Shown piece by piece: positions 17,654-25,372 of a stretch of 45,038 nucleotides of DNA. Location of the stretch: contig CAZPSP010000002.1 in the NCBI GenBank assembly GCA_964589285.1, positions 1 to 45,038 on the forward strand. The letters run 5' to 3'. Made by a program: the position numbers and the translations under genes. The DNA is from an uncultured Dehalococcoidaceae bacterium. GTDB taxonomy: Bacteria > Chloroflexota > Dehalococcoidia > Dehalococcoidales > RBG-16-60-22. Every line of letters starts with the position of its first letter. Within the stretch, counting starts at the first letter, position 1. The notes below the pieces were generated by a model. The model made no database searches. It was not told the DNA's origin and saw nothing but the letters and a program-made list of their open reading frames with translations.

Positions 17654-18683
17654 GTTTCACCTCGACTTTTTCCTTACTACGCCCGACGATAACGTTCTGC
17701 TGTTGTCCATCCAAGAACGACACGATGTTATCGACACCCGTTTTCAGCAGACGCTGGACGGCTTCCGTGGTATTGAAAGCGATATGCGGCGTGACGATGA
17801 CGTTCGGCATGTCCGCGAGAAGCATATCCATGAGCAAACTGGGACAATCACCGTTCTTGGAGAAAACAGAACGAAGGAGTTCCGTCTCTTCACGGACCAT
17901 CGACTCACTGTTCAGAACGTCCAGCCCGGCTCCGGCAACCTTGCCCTCATGCAGCGCTTTCAGCAGGGCCTGGGCATTGACGATCATGCCCCGGGCGGTG
18001 TTGATGAGGATGACGCCCTGTTTCATGCGGTCGAACTGGGGAGCATCGATCATATTGCGTGTTTTTTCTATGCCCGGCACATGCAGCGTAATGATGTCCG
18101 AGGCAGCCAGGAGCATGTCCATGTCCAGGTAACGGAAGCCCATACGCGCGGCAGCGTCTTCGTCGGGATGAATATCGAAAGCGACGATATCCATGTCGTA
18201 TCCGCGGGCAATGCGGATCACGTTCATGCCGATGTCCCCGGTCCCGATGACGCCGATGGTTTTGCCTTGAAGGTCGAACCCGCGAAGCCCTTTCATGGAG
18301 AAGTCCCCACGGCGCGTCCTTTGCACGGCCTCCGGTATATGACGGCTGATAGTGTGAATAAGGGCAAAGACATGCTCGGCAACAGTCCCCGGCCCGTAGG
18401 AAGGATCGTTACTGACGGCGATGTTGTTACGGCGACAGTAGTCAAGATCGATGTGGTTAAACCCCGTCGATCTCGTTACGATGAATTTAAGATGAGAAAA
18501 CCTGGACAATACTTCCGCATCCAGGTCCGAATATATGAACACTGAGATGATATCCGCGTCTCGAAAACCGGCTGGAATATCCTCGCTCGCTGTTTTTTCC
18601 GTATACAGGACTTCGTTTCCGGCTTCCAGCGCCTCAAACGATTTCCTCTCCCACTCCTCTACTTCAAAAGCTACGATTTTCAT
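17643..18683 (-). CDS. D-isomer-specific 2-hydroxyacid dehydrogenase (D-lactate dehydrogenase-like)
   Basis: GKTIGVIGTGDIGMNVIRIA NAD-binding motif, plus VTRSTGFNHIDL and INTARG. Its stop overlaps the next gene's start by 11 nt (ATGCAGCATGA). Confidence 0.85.
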   Translation of the reverse strand: MKIVAFEVEEWERKSFEALEAGNEVLYTEKTASEDIPAGFRDADIISVFIYSDLDAEVLSRFSHLKFIVTRSTGFNHIDLDYCRRNNIAVSNDPSYGPGTVAEHVFALIHTISRHIPEAVQRTRRGDFSMKGLRGFDLQGKTIGVIGTGDIGMNVIRIARGYDMDIVAFDIHPDEDAAARMGFRYLDMDMLLAASDIITLHVPGIEKTRNMIDAPQFDRMKQGVILINTARGMIVNAQALLKALHEGKVAGAGLDVLNSESMVREETELLRSVFSKNGDCPSLLMDMLLADMPNVIVTPHIAFNTTEAVQRLLKTGVDNIVSFLDGQQQNVIVGRSKEKVEVKHAA

Positions 18684-19248
18684 CTTCCCAACCCCCCGAA
18701 TTCAGCTTTTTCGGCACAACAGGTGCACCCTATATACGGAGAAGATTACTACGGGAAAACCGTTCTCGCAAGGGTATGATGAAGCGCGGGAGGAACAAAA
18801 CGGAACGGCACACAGACCCTATCGTTTCTATTCTCCATTTCGTCATCCTGGCTATCTCTTGTCTTCTTCGCCCTCGTTCAACAGTGGTGTGGGAGTCAGC
18901 TTATCTGGATCACGGGGGAGCGCAAACGGAAACTCCGTCTTCCCGCTGGTCGGAGCCCTACTTCCGGAAAAAAGACGAGCGGCGGTAAAGCAGCCTTCAG
19001 GCGCCCGAACTACTAAAGTGTATGATGAGGGGGTATAATATGTGCTGGGATGCGGTTGTATGAGACCCGACGACGACCCCAACCGAAAACGCTGCAGAAA
19101 GCTGCTCTGACCGGCGGGCCGGACTCGATCCATCCGTTGATGGACGCCATGAATGAAATCTACAGGGGGGAAATTCAGGGAACGGACGCCGACACGCAGC
19201 ATATCGAACAAAAGCAGTTGACGATACTGAATCATACGGGGATGGAGC

Positions 19249-19533
19249 ATGGCAATAAGAAGGATCGTCATAGACGTACTGGTCCCTCATGAACCGGACA
19301 TTCTTGAATATGCTCAGCAATTGAGCGAAGTTGGAGGGACCAAGGGTGTCACCATCGATGTTCTTGAGAACGATGAACGGACGAGAACGATAGAGATAAC
19401 CATCGAAGGCGAATCTCTCGTGTTTGCGGAGATCAAGAGAATCGTCGAGGACATCGGCGGCTCGATACATTCCATCGATCAGGTTTCCGCCGGTGTCGAT
19501 ATCGTCGTGCCTTCAGAGCGTCACGGAGAGTAA
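19249..19533 (+). CDS. DUF211 (COG1888-like) small protein
   Basis: MAIRRIVIDVLVPHEPDILEYAQQLSEVGGTKGVTIDVLENDERTRTIEITIEGESL...IKRIVEDIGGSIHSIDQV matches the pattern I remember for archaeal-type DUF211 proteins. GGATGGAG SD. Confidence 0.7.
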   Translation: MAIRRIVIDVLVPHEPDILEYAQQLSEVGGTKGVTIDVLENDERTRTIEITIEGESLVFAEIKRIVEDIGGSIHSIDQVSAGVDIVVPSERHGE

Positions 19534-19535
19534 TC

Positions 19536-20054
19536 TTGCGGGGAAAGATTGTCCGCGGGTTCATTGACGGCGCTTTATCCACTCTCGGCATCGTCATCGG
19601 CGCGATGTCGGCAACTTCAAGTGTCATCCTGGCCGCGGCTATCGGCGGGGCGCTGGCGAACGGGATATCCAATCTTCTCAGTGCCTTGAGCGCAGCTACC
19701 ACCGAGCGATATACCGAACTCCGGGAAATAGAACGGGCCATGGTAGCCAAGGACCTGCGGGGAGGCATCGCCGACCGACGCGTCAGCAGGGAGGCATGGT
19801 TGGACGGGATCGCCGACGGGCTTTCCACCATCTTCGGCGGCGCTATTCCCATCATCCCCTACCTGTTCGCTCCTCCGGGAACAGCCGCGATCATTGCTGT
19901 GGTGGCGGTGGTTCTCGCCACGTTCGGGACAGGATTGTACCTGGGAAAGGTCTCACGGCGAAACCTGCTGCTTTCCGGTCTGAAGATGGCGTTATTTGCC
20001 GTTATTGTGGCAGTGGTGGTCTATTTTATCGAGAAACTTATCTCACCTGAATAG
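19536..20054 (+). CDS. VIT1/CCC1-related membrane protein (short TIGR00267-like form)
   Basis: TTG start 5 nt after GGAGAG and 2 nt after the DUF211 stop. VRGFIDGALSTLGIVIGA, an internal hydrophilic loop, and C-terminal TM helices. Confidence 0.6.
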   Translation: MRGKIVRGFIDGALSTLGIVIGAMSATSSVILAAAIGGALANGISNLLSALSAATTERYTELREIERAMVAKDLRGGIADRRVSREAWLDGIADGLSTIFGGAIPIIPYLFAPPGTAAIIAVVAVVLATFGTGLYLGKVSRRNLLLSGLKMALFAVIVAVVVYFIEKLISPE

Positions 20055-20076
20055 AACGTGCAGAGGTTTCATCTGG

Positions 20077-20976
20077 TTACTGGAGATAGTCCCGGAAACC
20101 GGCGACACCGCTCTTTTTCCTGAGGTCCATCAGCGCTTTTTGCTGTATCTGCCGGACCCGTTCACGCGTAATCCCGATATGCTGGCCGATCTCACCAAGC
20201 GTCCTCGTCTGGCCGTCTCTCAGCCCGAACCTCAGTTCGAGGATGGTCCTTTCTCGATCAGAAAGCGTTCCAAGGATATCTTCTATCTGGTCATGCAGCG
20301 ACGTCTCGCCGACCTGGTCTTCTGGAGAGGTCACGGCGTCGCTGGCGAGCAGGTCAGTGATGGTTCTCTGGTCTTCATCATCTCCAACGGGGGTTTCCAG
20401 AGAGACCGGCTGCCGGTGGTCGGCCATGAACAGTTCTTCCACCTTGTTCACCGTCATGCTCATTTCCACCGCCAGTTCCTCGGTGGTGGGCAGCCGTCCG
20501 TACTCCTGGGAAAACCGCTGGCTTTTCCGCCGCATCTTAGCCAGGTTTTCAACGGTATGGACGGGCAGGCGGATCGTCTGGGCCTGTTCAGATATTGCCC
20601 GGCCAATGCTCTGGCGTATCCACCAGGTAGCATACGTGCTGAACCGGTATCCCTTGGAATAATCGAATTTCTTGACAGCCCGCATCAGACCGATGTTCCC
20701 TTCCTGGATGAGGTCCATCAGGGCCACGCCGCGGCCCATGTGTTTTTTGGCGATGCTGACGACAAGCCGGAGATTATGCACGATCAATTCCTGTCTTGCT
20801 TTTCTGGCTTCTTCAGGACATCCATGAGCAAACCGCTCACCGAGTTCCCGTTCCTTTGCCGGTTCAAGCAGTGGCAGGCGCCCGATTTCCGCTAGGTATG
20901 TCTTGAGGTTGTCTTCACCCTGCCGCAGGCCGGCCCTTTCCCGCCGCCGGTAGGTCTCTCTGATGGAATGTGTCAC
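20077..20976 (-). CDS. RNA polymerase sigma-70 family factor (regions 1.2-4, no region 1.1)
   Basis: [56 protein letters not shown], then [27 protein letters not shown] start after AGGGGGA. Confidence 0.9.
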   Translation of the reverse strand: MTHSIRETYRRRERAGLRQGEDNLKTYLAEIGRLPLLEPAKERELGERFAHGCPEEARKARQELIVHNLRLVVSIAKKHMGRGVALMDLIQEGNIGLMRAVKKFDYSKGYRFSTYATWWIRQSIGRAISEQAQTIRLPVHTVENLAKMRRKSQRFSQEYGRLPTTEELAVEMSMTVNKVEELFMADHRQPVSLETPVGDDEDQRTITDLLASDAVTSPEDQVGETSLHDQIEDILGTLSDRERTILELRFGLRDGQTRTLGEIGQHIGITRERVRQIQQKALMDLRKKSGVAGFRDYLQ

Positions 20977-21079
20977 AACAAGAATCCCCCTGTTCTGTCA
21001 TCGGCATAGCCGTAAGACAAAGGTATCATCGTAAGGTGTTGTTCCACATCCCCCAATCAGCTATGTTTTTTTACTCAGA

Positions 21080-21091
21080 AGGATTAATCCT
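21080..21091. repeat. 12-bp perfect palindrome AGGATTAATCCT in the sigma/RR divergent intergenic region
   Basis: Read directly. It lies ~70 bp upstream of ATG 21161 and ~105 bp upstream of the sigma-factor GTG. Confidence 0.9.
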
Positions 21092-21160
21092 TACGGTGAA
21101 AAGCGGATTTATCCACTGCATATGTACAGCACCGTCAGCTTGGGTGTATACTAATCGCAA

Positions 21161-21826
21161 ATGGCATCCATATCTATCATCCTTGTTGACGATCACAGGA
21201 TCATGCGACAGGGACTGAAAGCTCTTCTGGAAGAGTCAGCCGATTTCCAGGTCATCGGGGAAGCTGATAACGGTCAGGACGGCGTGCATCTGGTAAAAGA
21301 ACTCAAGCCGGACGTCCTCGTGCTGGACATGGCGTTGCCGGACATCGACGGCGTGACCGTGGTCAGGGAAGCGGTGCGGTTGTCGCCTCTGACGGCGGTC
21401 ATCATCCTCTCCATGCATAATGTTGAAGGCTATGTAAGAAAAGCCTTGCAGGCCGGCGCCCTGGCCTATGTCTTGAAAGACTCGACATCTTCCGAACTCA
21501 TCGCGGCCATCCGCGAAGCCCTGGCCGGCCGGCGCTACCTCAGCCAGTCAGTAGCGCAGCGTGCTTTTGATTTCTTCGTAGAAGGAGGGATCCCTGCCCC
21601 GCTTGATCCCAACCTGGCCCTAAGTAAACGAGAACGGGAAGTGCTGCCCTATCTCGCTGGCGGCCAGACCGCCCGGCAGATCGGGGAGAGTCTGGGCATC
21701 AGTCCACGCACCATCGAGTTTCACCGGCGGAACATCATGCACAAACTGGGACTGAAGGGGCATAAGGAACTCGTCCGGTTCTGCATACGCACCGGCATTT
21801 TCCCGGAAGACCGTGCCGCCATCTAG
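21161..21826 (+). CDS. NarL/LuxR-family response regulator (canonical receiver plus HTH)
   Basis: IILVDDHRIMRQGL, DVLVLDMALPDIDG, ILSMH and AYVLKD, then LSKREREVLPYLAGGQTARQIGESLGISPRTIEFHRRNIMHKLG. Confidence 0.9.
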   Translation: MASISIILVDDHRIMRQGLKALLEESADFQVIGEADNGQDGVHLVKELKPDVLVLDMALPDIDGVTVVREAVRLSPLTAVIILSMHNVEGYVRKALQAGALAYVLKDSTSSELIAAIREALAGRRYLSQSVAQRAFDFFVEGGIPAPLDPNLALSKREREVLPYLAGGQTARQIGESLGISPRTIEFHRRNIMHKLGLKGHKELVRFCIRTGIFPEDRAAI

Positions 21827-21885
21827 TCCAGTTCCGGCCGATTACGTATTATTTCATCCTTGCTACGTAGTTCCTATTTTTACGA

Positions 21886-21903
21886 CCTCGTAGAACTACG
21901 AGG
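21886..21903. repeat. inverted repeat CCTCGTAG-AA-CTACGAGG
   Basis: Read directly. It is preceded by the palindromes TACGTA (21843-21848) and CTACGTAG (21863-21870). All lie between the RR stop (21826) and ATG 22021. Confidence 0.9.
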
Positions 21904-22020
21904 GAAAAACAATCAGTTCTGCCAGTTAACAGTCTTTCAACGTCTCCTGTACACTTCAAGAGGTTAAAACCGGGGGAGATCTCCCCGGCCTCACCGGAAA
22001 GAACAGGAGACCGACTTTTC

Positions 22021-23253
22021 ATGATTGCAGGCGCACTCGTACTTGCCGGCGGGCCGGCTGCCCAGATGGAAATACTCTGCAACGGCAGGAGCCGGCCGGG
22101 ACTGCCCTTCGGAGGGCGTCTGCGCATCATTGATTTCACACTGAGTAACTGTTTCTTTTCTGAAATACCGAGCATCGGCGTGGTGACTGACCGCGGCAGC
22201 CATGCTATGTGGCCGTACCTGCGCCAGTGGCACATGACCGGAGCGGGCAACAGAGATGTGCAGGTGCTGGAGCCGGAAGGAAATTGCCGGGGAACAGCGC
22301 ACGCCCTCTATAAGAACTTGCGGTACATCGAACGGCTGGGAGGCGATACTGTGCTGGTACTGTCTGCAGACAAGATATACCAGGCGGACTACCGGAACAT
22401 AATCCGGCAGCACGAAAACAGCGGCGCGGACGCAACCATGGCTGTTATCCACCTTCCGCTCGACGGATGGTACTCTGGAGTTTCTGTCAACACCGACGGC
22501 GATAACCGGATCACAGGCTTTGCCGAAACCCATGGAATGGGGTCCGGGTTCGTCAGCACGGGGTGTTACGTATTCAAGAAATCTGTCTTGCTACAGTCTC
22601 TTTCACGTGATGCCGCTATACCATATTCATTTCACTCCCTACGAGGTGACGTCATACCGGCCCTGGCAGAACACGGAGACGTAAGGGTTTATCCTTTCGA
22701 GGGATATTGGCAGGATATCAATCGCATTCACCACTATTACAATGCCAATATCGATTTTCTTAACGGCAGGGTGATACCCGCTCATGATCGGGCTTACCCG
22801 GTCCGCAATCCGTTTTCCCGGCAGCACTTGTTATCACTGACAAACTCCAGTCACGTCAAAAACAGCATTATCGGCAAAGGGTGTGTAATCGAGGGTTACG
22901 TTGAGAACTCCATCCTCTCTCCCGGTGTCAAAGTGGACCGGCAAGCGGAAGTATGGGATTCCATTGTCATGTCCGGCGTTCAAATCGGGAGCCACAGCAT
23001 CATCGATCACTGTATTATCGATGAGGACTGCGAAATAGGCAGCCAGTGCTACCTTGGACTCGGAGCTAATTTTGATCCGGACAGGACCAGCGTGACGGTA
23101 CTCGGTAAACACGTGAGCGTACCGGCTAATACGTCCATCGGCAGGAACTGCCGAATTTTTCCTTACGCGGGACCGGGAGACTTCCCCGTAAGGGTCGTGC
23201 CTGCGGGGGTGACCGTTAACCCTCATGTAAATAATCTGAACGCCGTTCTCTAG
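22021..23253 (+). CDS. glucose-1-phosphate adenylyltransferase family protein with degenerate catalytic motifs (GlgD-like)
   Basis: GlgC-like throughout (RIIDFTLSNC, YPFEGYWQDI, C-terminal left-handed beta-helix repeats). However, LAGGPAAQMEIL replaces LAGGxGxRL, GTAHAL replaces GTADAV, and LSADKIYQADY replaces LAGDHIYKMDY. Confidence 0.75.
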   Translation: MIAGALVLAGGPAAQMEILCNGRSRPGLPFGGRLRIIDFTLSNCFFSEIPSIGVVTDRGSHAMWPYLRQWHMTGAGNRDVQVLEPEGNCRGTAHALYKNLRYIERLGGDTVLVLSADKIYQADYRNIIRQHENSGADATMAVIHLPLDGWYSGVSVNTDGDNRITGFAETHGMGSGFVSTGCYVFKKSVLLQSLSRDAAIPYSFHSLRGDVIPALAEHGDVRVYPFEGYWQDINRIHHYYNANIDFLNGRVIPAHDRAYPVRNPFSRQHLLSLTNSSHVKNSIIGKGCVIEGYVENSILSPGVKVDRQAEVWDSIVMSGVQIGSHSIIDHCIIDEDCEIGSQCYLGLGANFDPDRTSVTVLGKHVSVPANTSIGRNCRIFPYAGPGDFPVRVVPAGVTVNPHVNNLNAVL

Positions 23254-23439
23254 ATAAGGTCGGAGGCTCTGCATGGAACTTCAGAAGAAAACGGAGCGTA
23301 AGAGCCGGGCGCTGGCCCGGGTGCTCAAACAGGGAGCGAACAAGAACGTCGTTAAACGCTGGGAACGAAAAGGCCATTGATCCCCGCCAGACAGGGTAAA
23401 TATGACACTGCATCCGGCGTAAGTCCAAAAAGGATTGCA

Positions 23440-24192
23440 ATGTCAGAAAGAAGCTCGGAACTTATGACGGAAAAGAAACAACCAACGGGTAAATCGGTGT
23501 TGATACTGCACCGCCACCCTCTCATTTGCGAAGGTCTGGCGCGGGTCATTCGGGAAGCCGGGTTTATCGTCATTCAGGAGATCATCGATGGCAAAGACCA
23601 TACTATCCCCGTGCTTGCCGATAAACCGGATATCATCATCATAGATTGTGATATTCCGGACTCGGAGAACACCATTTTACACGGCTTGAAGGAATGCGTA
23701 CCGGACGCTATTCTCATAATACTGACAACGCCGCAGCCCGGTCATAGTTTCATACCCGCTATCAACGCCGGGGCGCAGGGATACCTTTCAACGAACCTGT
23801 CCGCGGATACCTTCATCAGTCTGCTGCACTTGCTGGCCGGCGGCAACGTTGTCATAGCCCGGGAGAAACTGTATGATGACAGCCAGACACTCTCCGGAAA
23901 TCCCGCTGCTACATTCGATGATCTCAGTAACCGGGAGAAAGAAGTCCTTTGCCTGGTCGGGAAAGGGGCCACCAATCGGGAGATCGCGGGAGAGCTCTTC
24001 ATGTCCGAACACACCGTGAAAGTCCACCTGCGGGCCATATTGAACAAGCTGAACCTGAGGAACCGTCAACAGGCTGCCGCCTACGCGACACAGATGGGCC
24101 TGGTGGGGGATGTCACACGCCTGCACCCGGCATCGGGCAGTACTATCCCGATGCAACTCGGAAAGACTACTGGGGTGCATGCCCGTAATTGA
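23440..24192 (+). CDS. LuxR-family regulator with a pseudo-receiver domain
   Basis: Start set at ATG 23440, after AAAGGA. VLILHRHPL sits where DD is expected and GYLST where the conserved Lys is expected. HTH: LSNREKEVLCLVGKGATNREIAGELFMSEHTVKVHLRAILNKLNLRNRQQAA. Confidence 0.8.
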   Translation: MSERSSELMTEKKQPTGKSVLILHRHPLICEGLARVIREAGFIVIQEIIDGKDHTIPVLADKPDIIIIDCDIPDSENTILHGLKECVPDAILIILTTPQPGHSFIPAINAGAQGYLSTNLSADTFISLLHLLAGGNVVIAREKLYDDSQTLSGNPAATFDDLSNREKEVLCLVGKGATNREIAGELFMSEHTVKVHLRAILNKLNLRNRQQAAAYATQMGLVGDVTRLHPASGSTIPMQLGKTTGVHARN

Positions 24193-24224
24193 CACGGAGA
24201 AGTGACACGAATTCTAAGAATTGA

Positions 24225-24250
24225 AAGAGCCCGCTTAAGAGCAGGCTCTT
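24225..24250. terminator. possible terminator hairpin between convergent genes
   Basis: AAGAGCC-cgcttaagagca-GGCTCTT, a 7-bp stem with only a short T-run. It lies between the LuxR stop (24192) and the metF stop (24453). Confidence 0.35.
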
Positions 24251-24452
24251 TCCGTTTCGTGGTTGGTATCAGGACACTGTAATCTCTTTTCCGGCAGAAA
24301 CTACACCGCGATCCACCTATGTGGTGTTCGGTGGTATTGGAGCGATTTCCTTTCCCAGCGTGACCTTGATCCGAAAAAGGCTCATCTTTCCTGACCGAAT
24401 TAGGGCATTCTATGGCAATTAAAATAATACTTTTATTACGGCTTTATTGTGA

Positions 24453-25322
24453 CTAAACAGTCCTGCCCAACCCGAGGTTGTGAAGGATCTCGATGACGGC
24501 TTCTGATTTGTTCAGCGTATAGAAGTGAAGATATTTCGTTCCGGCGGACCACAGCTCCTCGCACTGGCGCGTGGCGTAATCTATGCCGATTTTCTTGACT
24601 TCTTCCAGCGATTCCGCCGCTTCCATCTTCTCAATGAGTGACAGCGGGAGTGTGGCGCCGCAAAGTTCCGCGAACCGCATGATTCTTGTCATGTCGGTGA
24701 TGGGCATAATGCCGGGGATCACCGGGATATCGATGCCGGCCTTTGCAGCCCGGTCCATAAAAGCAAAGAAATACCTGTTCTCAAAGAACATCTGCGTGAT
24801 GGCAAAGTCCGCACCCGCCTGTATCTTTTCTATCGTATATTTCATATCCGTTTCAAGGTCCGGTGCTTCGCAATGGCCTTCCGGGTAGACCGCCACGCCG
24901 ATTGAAAAATGGTTGAAAGACCGGCAGAGGATTACCAGTTCTTTTGCATAGCAGAAACGTTCTTGCGGCAATTTCAGGTTTTGATCTTCGGGCGGGTCTC
25001 CCCGGAGCGCCAGAACATTGAGAATCCCCTCGTCCCGATATTCTCCAAGTATTCTCCGCAATTCATCCTTGCTCTGGTCCATGCAGGTCAAGTGGGGCAT
25101 GGGGGTCAGCGACGTGGTGTCCTTGATACGCTTGATGAGCCGGTGGGTGTTTCTAGCAGTACTACCGCCGGCCCCGTAAGTCACCGACACGTAACCAGGG
25201 CGGAACGGTTCGAGACGAGCAATGACCTCAAACAGGTTGTCTTCCCCTTCTTCCGTTTTCGGCGGAAAAAACTCGAAAGATATGCAGGAACCTTCTCTGG
25301 CAATCAGTTCGTGAATCTTCAT
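24453..25322 (-). CDS. metF: 5,10-methylenetetrahydrofolate reductase
   Basis: SFEFFPPKTEEGEDNL and VSVTYGAGGSTARNTHRLIKRIKDTTSLTPMPHLTC. Start moved to ATG 25322, 8 nt after AAGGAGG; the track's GTG 25331 lies inside that SD. Confidence 0.85.
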   Translation of the reverse strand: MKIHELIAREGSCISFEFFPPKTEEGEDNLFEVIARLEPFRPGYVSVTYGAGGSTARNTHRLIKRIKDTTSLTPMPHLTCMDQSKDELRRILGEYRDEGILNVLALRGDPPEDQNLKLPQERFCYAKELVILCRSFNHFSIGVAVYPEGHCEAPDLETDMKYTIEKIQAGADFAITQMFFENRYFFAFMDRAAKAGIDIPVIPGIMPITDMTRIMRFAELCGATLPLSLIEKMEAAESLEEVKKIGIDYATRQCEELWSAGTKYLHFYTLNKSEAVIEILHNLGLGRTV

Positions 25323-25372
25323 CGGCTCCACCTCCTTTTCTTATATATGATATCGATCCGGCAAAAGGGTGT

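Noticed and set aside
18961-19010. AAGCAGCC-containing segment resembling SRP RNA domain IV, and a GAUCCAGAUAAGCUGAC segment (minus strand, ~18895..18925) resembling the TPP-riboswitch pyrimidine-sensor helix
   Set aside because: The flanking invariant elements are missing or out of order. These are the GGAA tetraloop helix and CAGG for SRP, and CUGAGA plus a correctly ordered ACCAGCG for TPP. No consistent secondary structure could be drawn.
19100-19248. Possible Mn (yybP-ykoY) or fluoride riboswitch ahead of the DUF211/VIT1-like pair, suggested by GUUGACGAUAC and UGAUGGAC...AUCUAC strings
   Set aside because: The 5' conserved GGGGAGUAG (yybP-ykoY) and GGCGAUGG (fluoride) elements, and the required helices, are absent. 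Only short partial matches exist.
19996-20895. 299-aa plus-strand ORF exactly antisense to the 299-aa sigma-factor gene. Similar cases are 17580..18545 (antisense to the dehydrogenase) and 12078..13019 (antisense to the cupin/ferredoxin genes).
   Set aside because: The opposite strands carry strongly recognisable proteins with proper SD sites. The antisense products have no domains and biased composition, and the equal length is coincidental.
21886-21903. The inverted repeat CCTCGTAG-AA-CTACGAGG as an intrinsic terminator for the upstream response-regulator gene
   Set aside because: No U-run follows on either strand, and the loop would be only 2-4 nt. It is treated as a candidate protein-binding palindrome instead.
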